The notes: a model not told the origin generated them from the letters alone. A DNA stretch of 64,000 nt from Candidatus Obscuribacteraceae bacterium (GCA_044229845.1 JBGASG010000006.1:64001-128000); one strand, 5' to 3'. Counted from the stretch's first letter, positions 38,575 to 49,301 are shown. Translations and numbers: made by a program.

Positions 38575-40317
38575 ATGATTTTTGAAGTCGGACTAGTCTT
38601 ATCAGGAACGGTCTCCGCCGGCCCATACACGGCGGGAGTCATCGACTATTTGATCGAGGCTCTAGATGCCTGGTACGAAGCGAAGCGCGCCGGCGGCAGT
38701 GACATCCCAACGCATGATGTTCTCGTGCGAGTGGTCGCCGGCACATCAGGTGGTGCCATGACAGCCTCCCTATTGCCTGGCGCTCTTTATGGTGATTTCC
38801 AGCACTTCGCACAGCGAAGCTCAGCCTTAGTCACGAACAGCAATAATCGGCTCTACTGGAGTTGGGTCGAGGACATCGACATGACCGATTTGCTCCAGCG
38901 CTCCGACTTGAATGCGGCTGCGAATGTATGTTCCGTGTTTGACAGTACGAAAATCGAAAACATCGTCGATCAGATCTTCGACGTCGATCGACTAGGCAAG
39001 GCGCGCCCCCAGCCCGATTGGTTGGACACAGAATTGGACATCTATATAATGGTGACCGACTTGACGGGCGTTCCGTATGCGATCGACATGAACGGCGCCG
39101 CGCTGGGCATGCGCTCGCACGGAAGTTTCTTGCATTTTGTTTTAAGCCCCAACTTGGCACCCCAATCTCCCAGACCGTACTGGCTCGCCGATACGATTTG
39201 GCTGAATACGGCGTTGCTCAGAGGCAGCTCGCCTGCAAGCAACTCGCAGGCAGGCAGACAGCTCAAGAATGCAGCCCTGGCATCTGGTGCATTTCCCATC
39301 GGCTTGAAGAGCCGCGATCTCACCGTGAGCCGGTCGCATTATTTCTCTCTACCGTGGATGGTGCCTGTCAGTCCCGAGGAAGGGTGCATCGTTGTCAGAA
39401 CCATTCCGCCAGTCAAAGCCTGGCGCACGAGTGAAGCCGACTACACCTTCACCGCCGTGGATGGTGGCATCGTCAACAATTCAGCCGTGGAGTTTGCCCG
39501 GTTGTCGCTGCGCGGGTCCGGCATGGGGCGCAACCCCCGCTTCGCCGACCAAGCCGACAAGGCACTAATCATGATCACCCCCTTCGCCCGCCAGTCCTCG
39601 CCGGATGTCCGCCCGTCCGACATCTTCTCAATCGCCAAAGCGGTAGTCGTGGCAATGCTCGATCAGTCGCGGTTCAAGATAGACGAGCTGCGCCTTGCCC
39701 TAGATGAGGATGTGTACAGCCGGTTCATCATCTCGCCGAGTTACTCCGACCGGCGAGGTAACACCAGGCGTTGGCCGATTTATGGTGAACTGGTCGGCGC
39801 ATTTGGTGCCTTCGTTCACAAGACGTTCCGGAAGCACGACTATTTGCTGGGGCGGAGGAACTGTCAGCAGTTTCTTCGAAACCATTTCGTCCTTCCCTCC
39901 AAGCACGCGTTGTTTGCCGGACTGTCTGAGGAGATGAAGCTGCGGCATGCGGCAGACGTCGACGAGGCGAATGGGCAGCCTCTTCTCCGGAGCTACACGC
40001 ATAGCAGCCGTCCGGATGGGCCCAAGGAGGCTGATTACTTTGTGCAGGTGATACCGGTGATTAACCAAACCGAGGAACCCCTGCCCGCCGACTTCCGGGT
40101 CAACCCGTTGGCGGTCGTTAATTGGCAGGGACTGGAGCAAGCGATTGGACAGCGTCTCGATGCGGTGGTGCAAGCGCTCGTCAAACAAAAATTGGGTGCC
40201 GTGAAGAGCGCCCTGCTGCGCATGGTTCTGTGGGTGCCGCTAAGTGTGGTGCGCGCCCGGGTGGTAGCCACCATCATAGATTTGTTGAGACGCGAGTACT
40301 CGAAATTCGACCTCTGA
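38575..40317 (+). CDS. Patatin-like phospholipase
   Basis: Gly-rich SGTVSAGPYTAGV, nucleophile GTSGG, ASGAFP and DGG. Confidence 0.9.
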   Translation: MIFEVGLVLSGTVSAGPYTAGVIDYLIEALDAWYEAKRAGGSDIPTHDVLVRVVAGTSGGAMTASLLPGALYGDFQHFAQRSSALVTNSNNRLYWSWVEDIDMTDLLQRSDLNAAANVCSVFDSTKIENIVDQIFDVDRLGKARPQPDWLDTELDIYIMVTDLTGVPYAIDMNGAALGMRSHGSFLHFVLSPNLAPQSPRPYWLADTIWLNTALLRGSSPASNSQAGRQLKNAALASGAFPIGLKSRDLTVSRSHYFSLPWMVPVSPEEGCIVVRTIPPVKAWRTSEADYTFTAVDGGIVNNSAVEFARLSLRGSGMGRNPRFADQADKALIMITPFARQSSPDVRPSDIFSIAKAVVVAMLDQSRFKIDELRLALDEDVYSRFIISPSYSDRRGNTRRWPIYGELVGAFGAFVHKTFRKHDYLLGRRNCQQFLRNHFVLPSKHALFAGLSEEMKLRHAADVDEANGQPLLRSYTHSSRPDGPKEADYFVQVIPVINQTEEPLPADFRVNPLAVVNWQGLEQAIGQRLDAVVQALVKQKLGAVKSALLRMVLWVPLSVVRARVVATIIDLLRREYSKFDL

Positions 40318-40427
40318 TGAAGCGAGTTTCGTGAGTATGATGATGTGAACTCGGGCATAGACAGTCGCTCTTGACAGCATGCGATGCTGGATCTATAACG
40401 AGGGTAGAGACTACTTGGACCAGCAAT

Positions 40428-40823
40428 GTGAGTACACGCGACGATTTACCATATATCGATGACGAGCCGTTTTGTCTGGCTACCCAAACTGATGGCTCCA
40501 ACTGGGAAGTCTTCATGATGACGGGGGATGACGTCTCCCTTGTTACTACGCTGGAAAACTGTCCGCAAGAATCCGCTGAGTGGATAGTAGACGCACTGAA
40601 CCAAAGACATCAGGCGGAACAGCGTGTTGCCAGATATAGAGCACGTCCCTTGCCGTATTGGGGCGCATCTGTTTCATCGGAAAACGAGGATGGTTCTGAA
40701 TGCGATACCACAGCCCTCATTGCCAAGCTATTTGATTTAGCGATTGCTTCCGGAATCGCAATAGATGGGGAATGGCGTGACGTAGTAGCAGAGGCCCATC
40801 AGTTTCTTACCGAGCATCCCTAA
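40428..40823 (+). CDS. Hypothetical protein, paralog of 38146..38553
   Basis: See paralog. GTG 40428 is the likely start (ORF from 40371). Confidence 0.65.
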   Translation: MSTRDDLPYIDDEPFCLATQTDGSNWEVFMMTGDDVSLVTTLENCPQESAEWIVDALNQRHQAEQRVARYRARPLPYWGASVSSENEDGSECDTTALIAKLFDLAIASGIAIDGEWRDVVAEAHQFLTEHP

Positions 40824-41349
40824 TTTGCGCGAAGCTTTCTCTAACCAAGTTTGTTGGTCTCTGGGTGCCCCGCTCAATAGTTTTCGTTTGCGGACCAGAT
40901 AGGCGCGGTGTGACCGGGCTGGCCGTTGCCGGACCGCCCTGGAGAATATCCACGTTGGCAGTTGTACTTAGGCAAACCTCTGCACGCATGAGCGTGCGTT
41001 GCGCAATCCTGTTACACCTGATTAGCTCTGAACACAGAGCACCGGCAAGTGATTCTTCTGCAACTAAGAGGGTGCTCGCAGCAACAAATTGCAGACATCA
41101 CTGGTGCCAAGTTGGGGACGGTGAAGTCGAGGTTGTATCACGCCCGAAGAAACATTCAGGAAGCGATGGCTTTAAGCGCGTGAAATCAGGTATAGAGGGA
41201 GACAGAGGTGCACGTTGCTTCGGTCTCTTTCTTTCGCAGTTCTTCCAAGATGACAACAGACAATACAACACTCTCGGCTATACTTTGAGTTTCGCGGACT
41301 TAGTTTTAAGCTACGACTTGGAAGCAATTGTTTCTAAGTACTTAAAGGT

Positions 41350-41628
41350 ATGAGAGTCACAGCGACTCTCTACATGCTTCCGGGCAACGAGGACACGGCG
41401 GATGCTTTGGCGTTTGTGCGAAAGCTTTTGGAGAAATACGGTTCGGACAAAATTGAGCTTTTGATTGTGGATATCGGCCGCTTGGCTGAGAAGACGGCTG
41501 CAGAGAATGTGATTTGTGTGCCTTGCTTGGTGATCAGGACGGCAAAAGGCAGGGAGCATTTCGTGGTGGATTTGGAGAAGCAGAGGCGCGAGATTGAGTC
41601 ATTGTTAGGAAGCTCGCCGGGTTCTTAG
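41350..41628 (+). CDS. KaiB-like thioredoxin-fold protein
   Basis: 92 aa; LY..GN.....A...R.LLE......L..VDI......A..NVI.VP.LV....R...V.DL matches the KaiB pattern. Confidence 0.65.
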   Translation: MRVTATLYMLPGNEDTADALAFVRKLLEKYGSDKIELLIVDIGRLAEKTAAENVICVPCLVIRTAKGREHFVVDLEKQRREIESLLGSSPGS

Positions 41629-41723
41629 GCGCGGCGGACTGGAGTTCAGTGGCGCCGAATGTGGTGGCAGGTGAACATAACGCGGGGATATCAGCCGCTT
41701 TTCGGACCGCTTTCTAGGTTTAC

Positions 41724-41924
41724 TTATTGGTCAGAGAAATCGGACGATTCCAAACTGCCCGCCGATCCGCGGATCAACGAACTTTGCAACTTATGATTCC
41801 GATCGAGAGGACGAAATTCTAAAGGGACGCTCGATGCAGACGCGGACTCGGCTCCGAAACAAGTAGCAATCGGCAGCTGAAACGCAAGTGCAATCAAGAA
41901 GCAGGCAGCTACTATCAGCTTCAA
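41724..41924 (-). CDS. Small exported hypothetical protein
   Basis: Signal-peptide-like MKLIVAACFLIALAFQLPIA; starts 3 bp after the upstream stop. Confidence 0.4.
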   Translation of the reverse strand: MKLIVAACFLIALAFQLPIATCFGAESASASSVPLEFRPLDRNHKLQSSLIRGSAGSLESSDFSDQ

Positions 41925-41927
41925 GCA

Positions 41928-43238
41928 TTACATCGAGTCTGGATAGAGCTGGGCGTGAGGCTCATCACAGTGATCGCCCCACCAGCCTTCGCGGTAACCA
42001 TCGGCGCATCCGCCTGATTGCCCGCCGCGCTGTCCCCACCAGTTGGACTTGAAGCCATTGTTGGAACCAGTGGAACGTCCCTGCGCACAACCACCGTTGC
42101 CGCCGAAGCTGCCGCTGCCGAAGCTGCCGTTACCGAAGCTGCCATTGCCATAGCTGCCGTTGCCGTAACTGCCGTCCATGCAGTCGGTTCCATATTGGCC
42201 GCCACCAATCATGCCGGTACCGCCGGCGCATTGGGTGCCGCTGTTGAAGCCGACTCCGAAGGAGCCGCCATTGCCGAATTGACCGCCGACGCCGAACTGA
42301 CCGCCGGTTCCGAATTGACCACCAGTGCCGAATTGTCCGCCACCGCCGAAGTTGCCGCCGGTGCTGCAGCTACCGCTGCCGCCGGGATAGTTGCTGCCGC
42401 CCGGATAATTGCTACCACCCGGATAATTGCTACCGCCCGGGAAGCTGCCCTGGCTGCCGCCGTTGCCCGGATAGCCGCCTAAGTTACCACCAGATTGACA
42501 GCTTTGGCCGCCGCCCGACGACGGGAATGTCGGATTGCCGCCACCAGTGGGACATCCGGTGCTGCTGCCGCCCGGGAATTGCCCGTTGCTGCCGCTGCAA
42601 TTGGCTGTGCTCGACCCGGGCCAGTTCTGGCTGCCGCCACCAGTGGGACAGCTCCCGTTCATCATTGAGCCGGTTGGGGTGTTTCCACCAAAGTTGTTCA
42701 GATTGCCAGTTTGCCATGAAGTGTCCCCGCCGGAGGAATAGTTTGTAATGACACTGGGTGCCTGGGGTGCCGGAAGTGGAACCTGCGAAGCCGCCATGCT
42801 CGCCGGGTTGCTCGTGGACAGGAATGGGGAGACGCCGCCAAAGCTCTGCCCGCCGCCCATCGTATTTAATGTAGTCGCGCCGGACCCAGCCGGATTGTAG
42901 ACGCCAGTCGGTCCCATGGGAGGCTGAGCGCCGGCGTTGCCGCCCTTGCCGCGTTTGCCTTTGCGCATTAGCATGCCCAGACCAGCGGCCCCGCCCACGG
43001 CAGCTCCCATGCCCAGGAGCGGCAAACCGGGAACCGGCAAGCGCTTCTTGCCCTTGGATGACCCGTCGTCCTCTTCGTTGGTCGACGGCGCGGGCGACAT
43101 GGCATTACCTGGCGCCATTCCGGAGTTCCCGCCTTTCGACTTGGCGCAAACCGCGAGGGGGTTGCACAGGAGGAGGGAGGCTAGAAGAATTGCGAATGCA
43201 CGACTCATGTTTTTCTCTCGGGGGCTGAGACCCGCCAT
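41928..43238 (-). CDS. Exported Gly/Ser-rich low-complexity protein
   Basis: Signal peptide, one hydrophobic segment, and tandem GGSNYP, GGQFG and GNGSY/F repeats. Confidence 0.7.
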   Translation of the reverse strand: MAGLSPREKNMSRAFAILLASLLLCNPLAVCAKSKGGNSGMAPGNAMSPAPSTNEEDDGSSKGKKRLPVPGLPLLGMGAAVGGAAGLGMLMRKGKRGKGGNAGAQPPMGPTGVYNPAGSGATTLNTMGGGQSFGGVSPFLSTSNPASMAASQVPLPAPQAPSVITNYSSGGDTSWQTGNLNNFGGNTPTGSMMNGSCPTGGGSQNWPGSSTANCSGSNGQFPGGSSTGCPTGGGNPTFPSSGGGQSCQSGGNLGGYPGNGGSQGSFPGGSNYPGGSNYPGGSNYPGGSGSCSTGGNFGGGGQFGTGGQFGTGGQFGVGGQFGNGGSFGVGFNSGTQCAGGTGMIGGGQYGTDCMDGSYGNGSYGNGSFGNGSFGSGSFGGNGGCAQGRSTGSNNGFKSNWWGQRGGQSGGCADGYREGWWGDHCDEPHAQLYPDSM

Positions 43239-43385
43239 TTGCGGTATGTAGATTGTATGTAAGGGATCAGTAAATGGCTGTACGTAATAACCCCATGTAG
43301 GGACGTAGAACCACCATGCCGCCTGAGACCGAGCTCACCACCCCGATGCCACCGCAAGCGATACCACACCAAATCACACTAGCTC

Positions 43386-44333
43386 ATGGAAGAAACTAGA
43401 AGTAGCACCAACCCACATCTAATTCTGCCGGTCGGAACGCAGGTCGTTACCGTGGTCGAAGTGCGAGCGAAGAACGGACAACCGCTGCGACGCAGCGGCA
43501 CCGTCGCCAAGATTGTCAAATCGCCTACCGATGGCAAGCACGCATACACGATTCGTTTTCCCGATGGCGGTGAAACCAGCCTGCATCGTCATGAGATCGC
43601 CATTCGCAAGCATGTGCAGAACCTGCACTTCGACCGCCCGGACGCCGACATCGGGGACCGGGATCTCTATCAATACATCATCTACAGCTGCATCATCGGC
43701 TCACGGGCGTATGGGCTGGATGTGGATGGCTCCGATACCGACAAGCGCGGTATTTTCTTGCCTCCGGCAGATCTGCAGTGGTCGCTGTACGGCATGCCCG
43801 AACAGGTCGAAGACGCCGACACTCAGGAGTGCTACTGGGAGTTGCAGAAGTTTCTGGTCCTGGCTCTGAAAGCCAATCCCAACATCCTCGAATGTTTGTT
43901 TACCCCGCTGGTCGAGTCGGCAACTCCGCTGGCGCAGGAGCTGCTCGCCGCGCGCGGAGCGTTTCTTTCCAAACTGGTCTATCAGACCTACAACGGCTAC
44001 GTACTCTCGCAGTTCAGCAAGCTCGAACAAGACTTGAGGACGCAGGGAGAGCTGAAGTGGAAGCACGTCATGCACCTGATCCGGCTGCTGCTTTCGGGAA
44101 TCACCATATTGCGGGAAGGGTGTGTGCCGGTGCGTGTCATCGATGGACAACGAGATCGGTTGCTGTCTATTCGCCGCGCTGAGGTCTCTTGGGATGACGT
44201 CAACGTATGGCGATTGGAGTTGCACAAAGATTTCGACCAGGCCTACGAAACCACTGCTTTGCCCGATCGCCCCGATTACGAATGGGCTAACAATTTCCTG
44301 ATCAAAGCGCGACGGGAGATGAGCAGACAATGA
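43386..44333 (+). CDS. Pol-beta superfamily nucleotidyltransferase (RlaP/Nuc-transf-like) with an N-terminal extension
   Basis: GSRAYG....SDTDKRG, KANPNILECL, KHVMHLIRLL and LPDRPD. Confidence 0.88.
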   Translation: MEETRSSTNPHLILPVGTQVVTVVEVRAKNGQPLRRSGTVAKIVKSPTDGKHAYTIRFPDGGETSLHRHEIAIRKHVQNLHFDRPDADIGDRDLYQYIIYSCIIGSRAYGLDVDGSDTDKRGIFLPPADLQWSLYGMPEQVEDADTQECYWELQKFLVLALKANPNILECLFTPLVESATPLAQELLAARGAFLSKLVYQTYNGYVLSQFSKLEQDLRTQGELKWKHVMHLIRLLLSGITILREGCVPVRVIDGQRDRLLSIRRAEVSWDDVNVWRLELHKDFDQAYETTALPDRPDYEWANNFLIKARREMSRQ

Positions 44334-45109
44334 AGTTTCCCAGTCAGCTCGCTGAGGCCGTTGAGAATCATCCTCACTCGCTCATTTTCGCCACCGTCAG
44401 TGGTGCACATTTGTACGGGTTTCCATCACCTGATTCGGATTGGGATCTGCGCGGCGTTCATATCTTGCCGCTGGCGCAAGTGGTGGGGCTCGGGGAGCCA
44501 AACGAGACGATTGACTTCATGCGCAAGGACGACGCCATCGAACTGGATCTGGTCACGCACGACATCAAAAAGTTCTTCAAGTTGATGCTGCGAAACAACG
44601 GCTATGTACTGGAGCAACTCTACTCACCGCTGGTGGTGCATACCACGCCGGAACACCAGGAGCTGAAGGAGATCGGGAGCACCTGTATCACACGATATCA
44701 CTCGCGTCATTACCTGGGTTTCGCCGATACCCAGTGGAACCTGTTCGAGAAGGAAGATCCACCCCGAGTGAAGCCATTGCTGTATGTCTACAGAGTTCTG
44801 CTCACCGGCATCCACTTGATGGAGACACACCGGATTGAGGCAAACCTGGTTAATCTGAACGAGCAGTACAAATTGCCGTACATACCAGAACTGATCGAGC
44901 GAAAAGTGTCAGGCAAGGAGAAACAGACCCTGGCTGCCGCCGACATGGCGTTCCACAAAAGTGAGTTTGAGCGGCTAATTGGGTTGTTGAAACAGAAGGC
45001 CGAAACGACATCTTTGCCGGATTCCGCCTCCGGGCGCCCGGCGCTGGACGACTTGCTCAAGCGGCTGCGCCTGAAGTCGGCGCACTTAGCTCGTATTTCG
45101 AGGAATTAG
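44330..45109 (+). CDS. Pol-beta superfamily nucleotidyltransferase (RlaP/YcgL-like)
   Basis: SGAHLYGFPSPDSDWDLRG, NGYVLEQL and KPLLYVYR; ATGA overlap with the upstream gene. Confidence 0.88.
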   Translation: MKFPSQLAEAVENHPHSLIFATVSGAHLYGFPSPDSDWDLRGVHILPLAQVVGLGEPNETIDFMRKDDAIELDLVTHDIKKFFKLMLRNNGYVLEQLYSPLVVHTTPEHQELKEIGSTCITRYHSRHYLGFADTQWNLFEKEDPPRVKPLLYVYRVLLTGIHLMETHRIEANLVNLNEQYKLPYIPELIERKVSGKEKQTLAAADMAFHKSEFERLIGLLKQKAETTSLPDSASGRPALDDLLKRLRLKSAHLARISRN

Positions 45110-48100
45110 AACCGATCAAAAATCCCGGCGTCGTGCTCATCATCGACTTTCTGAGCGCGTCGAAGGTTTTCTTCCGCCGTTTCAAGGTTCTTCTTTGCCC
45201 ACCTTTTAACTGCACTGACCCTGTGCTTAGAAAGAACCTGGAACAGCTCCACTCGCGCTTTGTATCTAGGCGCACTAGATCCCCATCCTGCAAACGAACC
45301 AATGTTAGCCGACAGTTCTGATAGGAAAGATTCTTTGTGCCCATGCTGATCTAGAAGTCGCAATGCAAGCGGATGTACTTCAATAGAGGGGCCGCCCGCG
45401 GATGGTGAACTCGCCACCATCACTGGTACCGATCTTGCAAGAATGTTGGCGGCATCCTCCGACTTAAGTGACCAATCAAACAACAAATCGTTAGGAAGAC
45501 AGTACAGAGGTCCGGGTTCACCATCTTCATCACTCTGAAACAGCTCGTTGCCCAGGAGCCACTGCATATGAAGTCTCAGTCGCCAGTCATCCGAGATGAG
45601 CGCTTCCGAGAGGATGTGCCAAACTGGAACCAGATATGGCTCTTTCAACAGATCCGGCAACATTTTCTTAAGTAGTTGGTCAAACTTGAAAAACACTCTG
45701 TCCTCAGCAGATGCGCACACCTGAACGATCTGAACTGCCATGTGTTCGGCCAGCTCTGGATCAGCTGATCCAACAATCAGGCGCGCACAGGTCTTCTGCC
45801 AAACATATCCAGCCATGACGGAGTCAATATTTTTCTGAATCAAAGCGAGCCGGATTTTAAGGACAATCTCCCTAAACGTCTGACTGCAGCTAGCCCACAA
45901 GTCCTCACGATTCAAGCAATATTGATCAAGAATCATTAGCGCAGTCCACTGTCCCGCGTCAGAATGTCTATGCAATTCCAGACAAAACTCGCTGACGTCA
46001 CCTGGTGAAATGGAGGCTAGTGCATTTCCGTATGAGAGAACTACAAATTCTGTCACATCAATGCATGGATCAGCGAGCAGCCCGACACATCTTTTCAGGT
46101 CGGCTGCGTCCGGAAACACCCCAGTGGTCAACGCAACGACATACTTTCGTAGATCAGGTATGCTCGCGAATTCGTCCAAAAGAGTCGATGCTGCATCTCT
46201 ATTGTCACCAGAGAGCACGGATATCAACCCACACATAAACGACACATTCAATCGTTCCTGGTTCTGTTGCAAAAGATGATGCTTGCAAACCGAGAGCAGC
46301 GCGGAAATGTTGATAGCCCGTTTTCCGACTTCCTTACCAAATAGGTATCCATTACGCTGAGTGCCCTGAAAAAAGATAGGGAGGACGTTCTCAAAGTCGC
46401 CTAAGTCTCGCATGCAGTCCTCCGCAAGCCGGACGACCTCAGGAACACTATCATCGACAACTTCGCCGCCCGCATCCAAATGCAAATAATCCCACGAAGC
46501 ATCCACCACCCACATTCTCAGTCGATCCGACAATGACTTAGGTTCGAGAAGCCTGTAAATTTCCTGTGCCAGTTGCTTCTCCTCATCGTCGAGAACCGTG
46601 CCAGAGGTTCGAAGTGCAAAATCAAGCTTTTGACGAGCGGTGTACCATTGATCTTGCGATTTGGCAGTAATTTTCGCGATTGCATTCCAAAGGGGTTCCC
46701 AAAAGTGCTTTTGGACGCAGGAGTAAATGATATTCTCAATACCTCGCTGCGCCAGTGCGGCGGAAGATGGGGAGTCAAGGTTGAACACCGAAACCAAAAC
46801 GTCTATGCACCGCTGCCAGTACTCTATGACTTCTTGTCCCGTTTTTGGTTGATAGTCTCGCTCTGCCGCGCGCGCACCTTGTTGCTCTACGCCTCCCGCA
46901 CGCCCATAGTGCGACAACTGGAATGCTCGCTCAGCAGCTTTGACAATCACCTCGCAAACCTCTGGACTGGGCGACTGAAGCGCTTCCTCAAGGATACTAA
47001 CGCGAGAATCAAACGACGTCTGCGTTCCGGAGAGATAAAGTTGAAACAGCTGAACAAATTGCCCCGTAGCATTATTACTCCAACTCTCATTTTCGGCTTC
47101 AGCAAAACGGAGAAGCAGTTTTGCTGCCACAGAAAAACTGTCTTGCCAGAAGCACATCTTTTCCAATGCCCAGATGATGTTTCTTCGTCCGTCGCTCACG
47201 GACAAGAGTCTATCTCGAGACCATCCAGAGAAAGCTCTATCGATCGCATTAGCACAGTCACTTGGGCTCACTTCCGCAAACGCACCGAAGAACAGTGAGC
47301 CTCTCTTAGTATCGAGAACCTCGGGGCGTCCAAAAGGGCCAGACTCTCCGCAAAGCTTGCGAGTTATGTCTTGAACTTTCGGTAAATAGTGCAGCATCTT
47401 GATTTGCTCGCACAATGCACGATCCAAATTCCCTGCAAGCTGTCCCGTAATCAATTCAATCGCTCGCTCGTCTGGACATCGCTTCCACCAATCGGCTGAA
47501 AGCCGCGCAGCTAGAGGTGCTGGCACCACAATGATGAAGTCACCCCGTCTCTGAATGATGCGTCTTTCCAAGAAATTTTGAACATGGGAGTAAAACTTCG
47601 CCTGATCGACGCGCGCGAAATGCTCGGCAACGAAGCTGCGTTCTGCGGACACCTCTTCCTCAAATCCAACGCGAGCAAAGAGTGCGCAGCCGCTGATAGT
47701 GTCAAAAGCTTCATCGCTCCTTTCCTTCCTGCCCCAAAGCAGCCTGTCCAGCAATTCGTCGTCATTGAGAGTCCCCGCCTCTTCTTTGCCATCTAAACGC
47801 TCACGAGCTATGAGCGCAGCCATTTGAGGGTAGCCTTCGGAAAACTCGACTATCCGTTCTAACTCATTCTCCGGAAGCGCTTGACCGAATACTTGCTTTA
47901 ACATCGCTCGAATGAGATGATCCGCCATCGGAGAAACGATGATGACTTCGTCAGGACCGGAGGCACCCGTCCGTTCTCCGGGATCAAAATCTATGCTCAG
48001 CAGCGTCAGGCGACTTTCCTGATGCATAATCTCTTTTCGCAATTGCTGATGCAATTCGAGATTGCAATTATCGACCACAATAATCGCAGAATCGTGGCGA

Positions 48101-49017
48101 TGCCTAAACTGGCGAACAACTCCAACAATTTCTGGTGATTCGATCGCCGCATCGATGTATGCGACGCTACGCCGCAACTGCTCATCGGTAGAAAGAGCTT
48201 GCAGAGCCAATCTGGATTTGCCCAAACCAGGATTGCCCAAGATTCGCGCAACACTCTTCTCTTGGCTCAAGTGTTTGGAAAGGGCTTCGACCTCCGCACC
48301 GCGTTCATCGTCCTGAACGAAGTCGAAGAGACTGTGTTCGTCGTATCCGCTCCAACTCTCCCATGTCTGCACGCAAAAAGGAATATCCTTCCCAATCCAG
48401 TGTGAAATTTGCCCTACAGCTACCAGGTGTTCGTTGGACCACAAAGCGATCTTGTTGGCGTCGTAAATATCCAGCGCAGCTGTTTCGGCGTCGGCTCGAC
48501 CAGTTATGCGAAGGGCATCTCGAATTCCCCCAAGGCGATTTGAAAGGCCAGCCTTCGTAAGAGCCCCGGAATAGAAAAAACTGTAGGCGCCGCGACTATC
48601 CAATATCTCCGCTACCTGCGGCTTCAGGCAAGGAACGAAATCTTCGGTGCTTTTCGACCTTCGCCCTCTCGCACTATTGATCTTTTGAAGCCTGCCATCG
48701 GCAACCTTGTATCCAGATGGAACTGGTTTCATCAAGCTAGCGTTCATGAAATCAATCTTGCTCATGTCTTTTTCAGCTTTGCATTGGAACATCGAAAGCC
48801 GATTCGGCAAATGAGGAATTGCGCCGGGACCGCCTTCCCAACTCACCCTTCCATCCTCGCCACCATCCGGCACATTGATCTTTAGCGACACATCGACTGA
48901 AGATGTGACAATCCCGGCCTTCCGCGTTTCCAACCACAGCAGATTTCGCAGCAAATCCGTTAGTTGAATGGCATTCAACCGCTCGATGTCTTCATAGTCA
49001 ACCTGAAAAATGCCCAT
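45106..49017 (-). CDS. Large STAND-like NTPase with an N-terminal PD-(D/E)xK/Mrr-like nuclease (Avs-like defence candidate)
   Basis: PDGGEDG...FQCKA, Walker A GNPGLGKS, Walker B IIVVDNC, GYP motif and a long helical C-terminus. ATG 49017 is the likely start. Confidence 0.8.
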   Translation of the reverse strand: MGIFQVDYEDIERLNAIQLTDLLRNLLWLETRKAGIVTSSVDVSLKINVPDGGEDGRVSWEGGPGAIPHLPNRLSMFQCKAEKDMSKIDFMNASLMKPVPSGYKVADGRLQKINSARGRRSKSTEDFVPCLKPQVAEILDSRGAYSFFYSGALTKAGLSNRLGGIRDALRITGRADAETAALDIYDANKIALWSNEHLVAVGQISHWIGKDIPFCVQTWESWSGYDEHSLFDFVQDDERGAEVEALSKHLSQEKSVARILGNPGLGKSRLALQALSTDEQLRRSVAYIDAAIESPEIVGVVRQFRHRHDSAIIVVDNCNLELHQQLRKEIMHQESRLTLLSIDFDPGERTGASGPDEVIIVSPMADHLIRAMLKQVFGQALPENELERIVEFSEGYPQMAALIARERLDGKEEAGTLNDDELLDRLLWGRKERSDEAFDTISGCALFARVGFEEEVSAERSFVAEHFARVDQAKFYSHVQNFLERRIIQRRGDFIIVVPAPLAARLSADWWKRCPDERAIELITGQLAGNLDRALCEQIKMLHYLPKVQDITRKLCGESGPFGRPEVLDTKRGSLFFGAFAEVSPSDCANAIDRAFSGWSRDRLLSVSDGRRNIIWALEKMCFWQDSFSVAAKLLLRFAEAENESWSNNATGQFVQLFQLYLSGTQTSFDSRVSILEEALQSPSPEVCEVIVKAAERAFQLSHYGRAGGVEQQGARAAERDYQPKTGQEVIEYWQRCIDVLVSVFNLDSPSSAALAQRGIENIIYSCVQKHFWEPLWNAIAKITAKSQDQWYTARQKLDFALRTSGTVLDDEEKQLAQEIYRLLEPKSLSDRLRMWVVDASWDYLHLDAGGEVVDDSVPEVVRLAEDCMRDLGDFENVLPIFFQGTQRNGYLFGKEVGKRAINISALLSVCKHHLLQQNQERLNVSFMCGLISVLSGDNRDAASTLLDEFASIPDLRKYVVALTTGVFPDAADLKRCVGLLADPCIDVTEFVVLSYGNALASISPGDVSEFCLELHRHSDAGQWTALMILDQYCLNREDLWASCSQTFREIVLKIRLALIQKNIDSVMAGYVWQKTCARLIVGSADPELAEHMAVQIVQVCASAEDRVFFKFDQLLKKMLPDLLKEPYLVPVWHILSEALISDDWRLRLHMQWLLGNELFQSDEDGEPGPLYCLPNDLLFDWSLKSEDAANILARSVPVMVASSPSAGGPSIEVHPLALRLLDQHGHKESFLSELSANIGSFAGWGSSAPRYKARVELFQVLSKHRVSAVKRWAKKNLETAEENLRRAQKVDDEHDAGIFDRF

Positions 49018-49301
49018 AGCCTTGGTTCTCCGAGAGACTAGCCGGCAGCAATTGCGACCAAGCTTTGGCAGCAGAAATAGATATTTTACAATGGCGGGCA
49101 GCATCCAGGAGGCTGCATCCTACGCCGCGGACAAAAACAGTGTTTATCGCCTCGTGGCACACCTCAGGTTGTTAAAGAGGTTAGACTCAGTGAAAAGATG
49201 GCTGCCAGTGACAAAATTCCGGGTTATCCCGCTGGCGCAAGTGTCCGAGATCGGGCACATTTAATATAGCCAGTTCAGTCGCGCGCACAGGAGCTGAAGG
49301 A

